Of a DNA stretch of 64,000 bases, positions 63,351 to 64,000 are shown piece by piece; the first letter of the stretch is position 1, and each line of letters starts with the position of its first letter. The translations under genes were made by a program, and so were the position numbers. Below the pieces are notes generated by a model. That model was given only the letters and a program-made list of their open reading frames with translations. It was not told where the DNA came from and did no database searches. The stretch is taken from positions 190 to 64,189 of IMG/VR virus record IMGVR_UViG_3300027578_000006, one strand, 5' to 3'. The DNA is from a virus (taxonomy: Duplodnaviria; Caudoviricetes).

Positions 63351-64000
63351 ATGGCGCTGCCCTCGTCTGGTCCGCTGGCGTTTACCAACATCCAAACTGA
63401 GTTTGGTGGCACGAATCCTATTGGTCTAAACGAGTACTACCGGGGTGGCCCTTTCGTGCCGGTCAGCACAAGCACGGCGACAATCCCATCATCAGGCACG
63501 ATTGCTGCAAACAACTTCTATGGCACGGCAAAACGCGTCAACGTGCCTCTGACTATTGGGTCGCCTACGTATAACTATGATGTGTACACACAAGCATCTT
63601 CAGCGCCGGGCTATGTGGCGGGTATTTCCGATGTGGCGTTGACAGTCTCTCCCGGCGTACAGGTAGGCAGCACTTCAACGGGCGCATACGCCATGCTGGT
63701 GCCAAGCTCATTTAGCCCCGGCGATATAGTCACCATTACCAATAACGGCGTGATCCAAGGCATGGGCGGCGCTGGTGGGCCGGGTCAATTTGGGGCAACT
63801 AATGGTAATCCCGGTGGCGGCGGGGGTAACGCACTGTATGTCAACCGTCCTGTGACCATTACGAATAATAGCGTCATTGCTGGTGGTGGCGGTGGTGGCG
63901 GTGCAGGTGCAGGTTACACACCAAACAAAGGTGGTTCTGATTGGGGTGGCGGTGGTGGAGGTGGTGCAGGATATAACGGCGGCGCTGGCGGTGGTGGGGG
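63351..64000 (+). CDS. glycine-rich receptor-binding adhesin, T-even gp38-like (truncated by window end)
   Basis: MALPSSGPL..IQTEFGGTNPI.LNEYY; IQGMGGAGG, ITNNSVIAGGGGGGG; open to the window end. Confidence 0.7.
   Translation, partial: MALPSSGPLAFTNIQTEFGGTNPIGLNEYYRGGPFVPVSTSTATIPSSGTIAANNFYGTAKRVNVPLTIGSPTYNYDVYTQASSAPGYVAGISDVALTVSPGVQVGSTSTGAYAMLVPSSFSPGDIVTITNNGVIQGMGGAGGPGQFGATNGNPGGGGGNALYVNRPVTITNNSVIAGGGGGGGAGAGYTPNKGGSDWGGGGGGGAGYNGGAGGGG

Overview
The window is an apparently near-complete genome of a tailed dsDNA phage with podovirus-like gene content. The small-gene content resembles uncultured freshwater proteobacterial phages, but this host assignment is inference. There are two divergent arms. 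The minus arm (41748 to 18156) holds about 35 small early genes, an M28-like peptidase, family A DNA polymerase, Cas4-like exonuclease, SNF2 helicase, SSB-like protein, an HTH regulator and a primase-helicase. The plus arm (42265 to 64000, apparently continuing at 1 to 18181) holds terminase, portal, GroES, scaffold, major capsid protein, small Lys-rich proteins, adaptor and fibre genes, holin, GH108 lysin, a gp38-like adhesin, four tandem 2OG-Fe(II) dioxygenase-like genes, internal virion proteins and a 2435-aa LPD38/metallopeptidase protein. I saw no integrase, RNA polymerase, tRNA or CRISPR array. The most notable unexplained signals are: (1) a shared [MFYL]-[AKS]-x-G-G motif in at least seven late proteins, with two candidate processing enzymes; (2) seven copies of a 17-nt hairpin just after early-gene stop codons, plus identical RBS repeats flanking single genes; (3) a 16-bp operator-like site family; (4) three structured-RNA candidates; (5) the dioxygenase cluster. 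All family calls come from motif recognition by eye, not from database searches.
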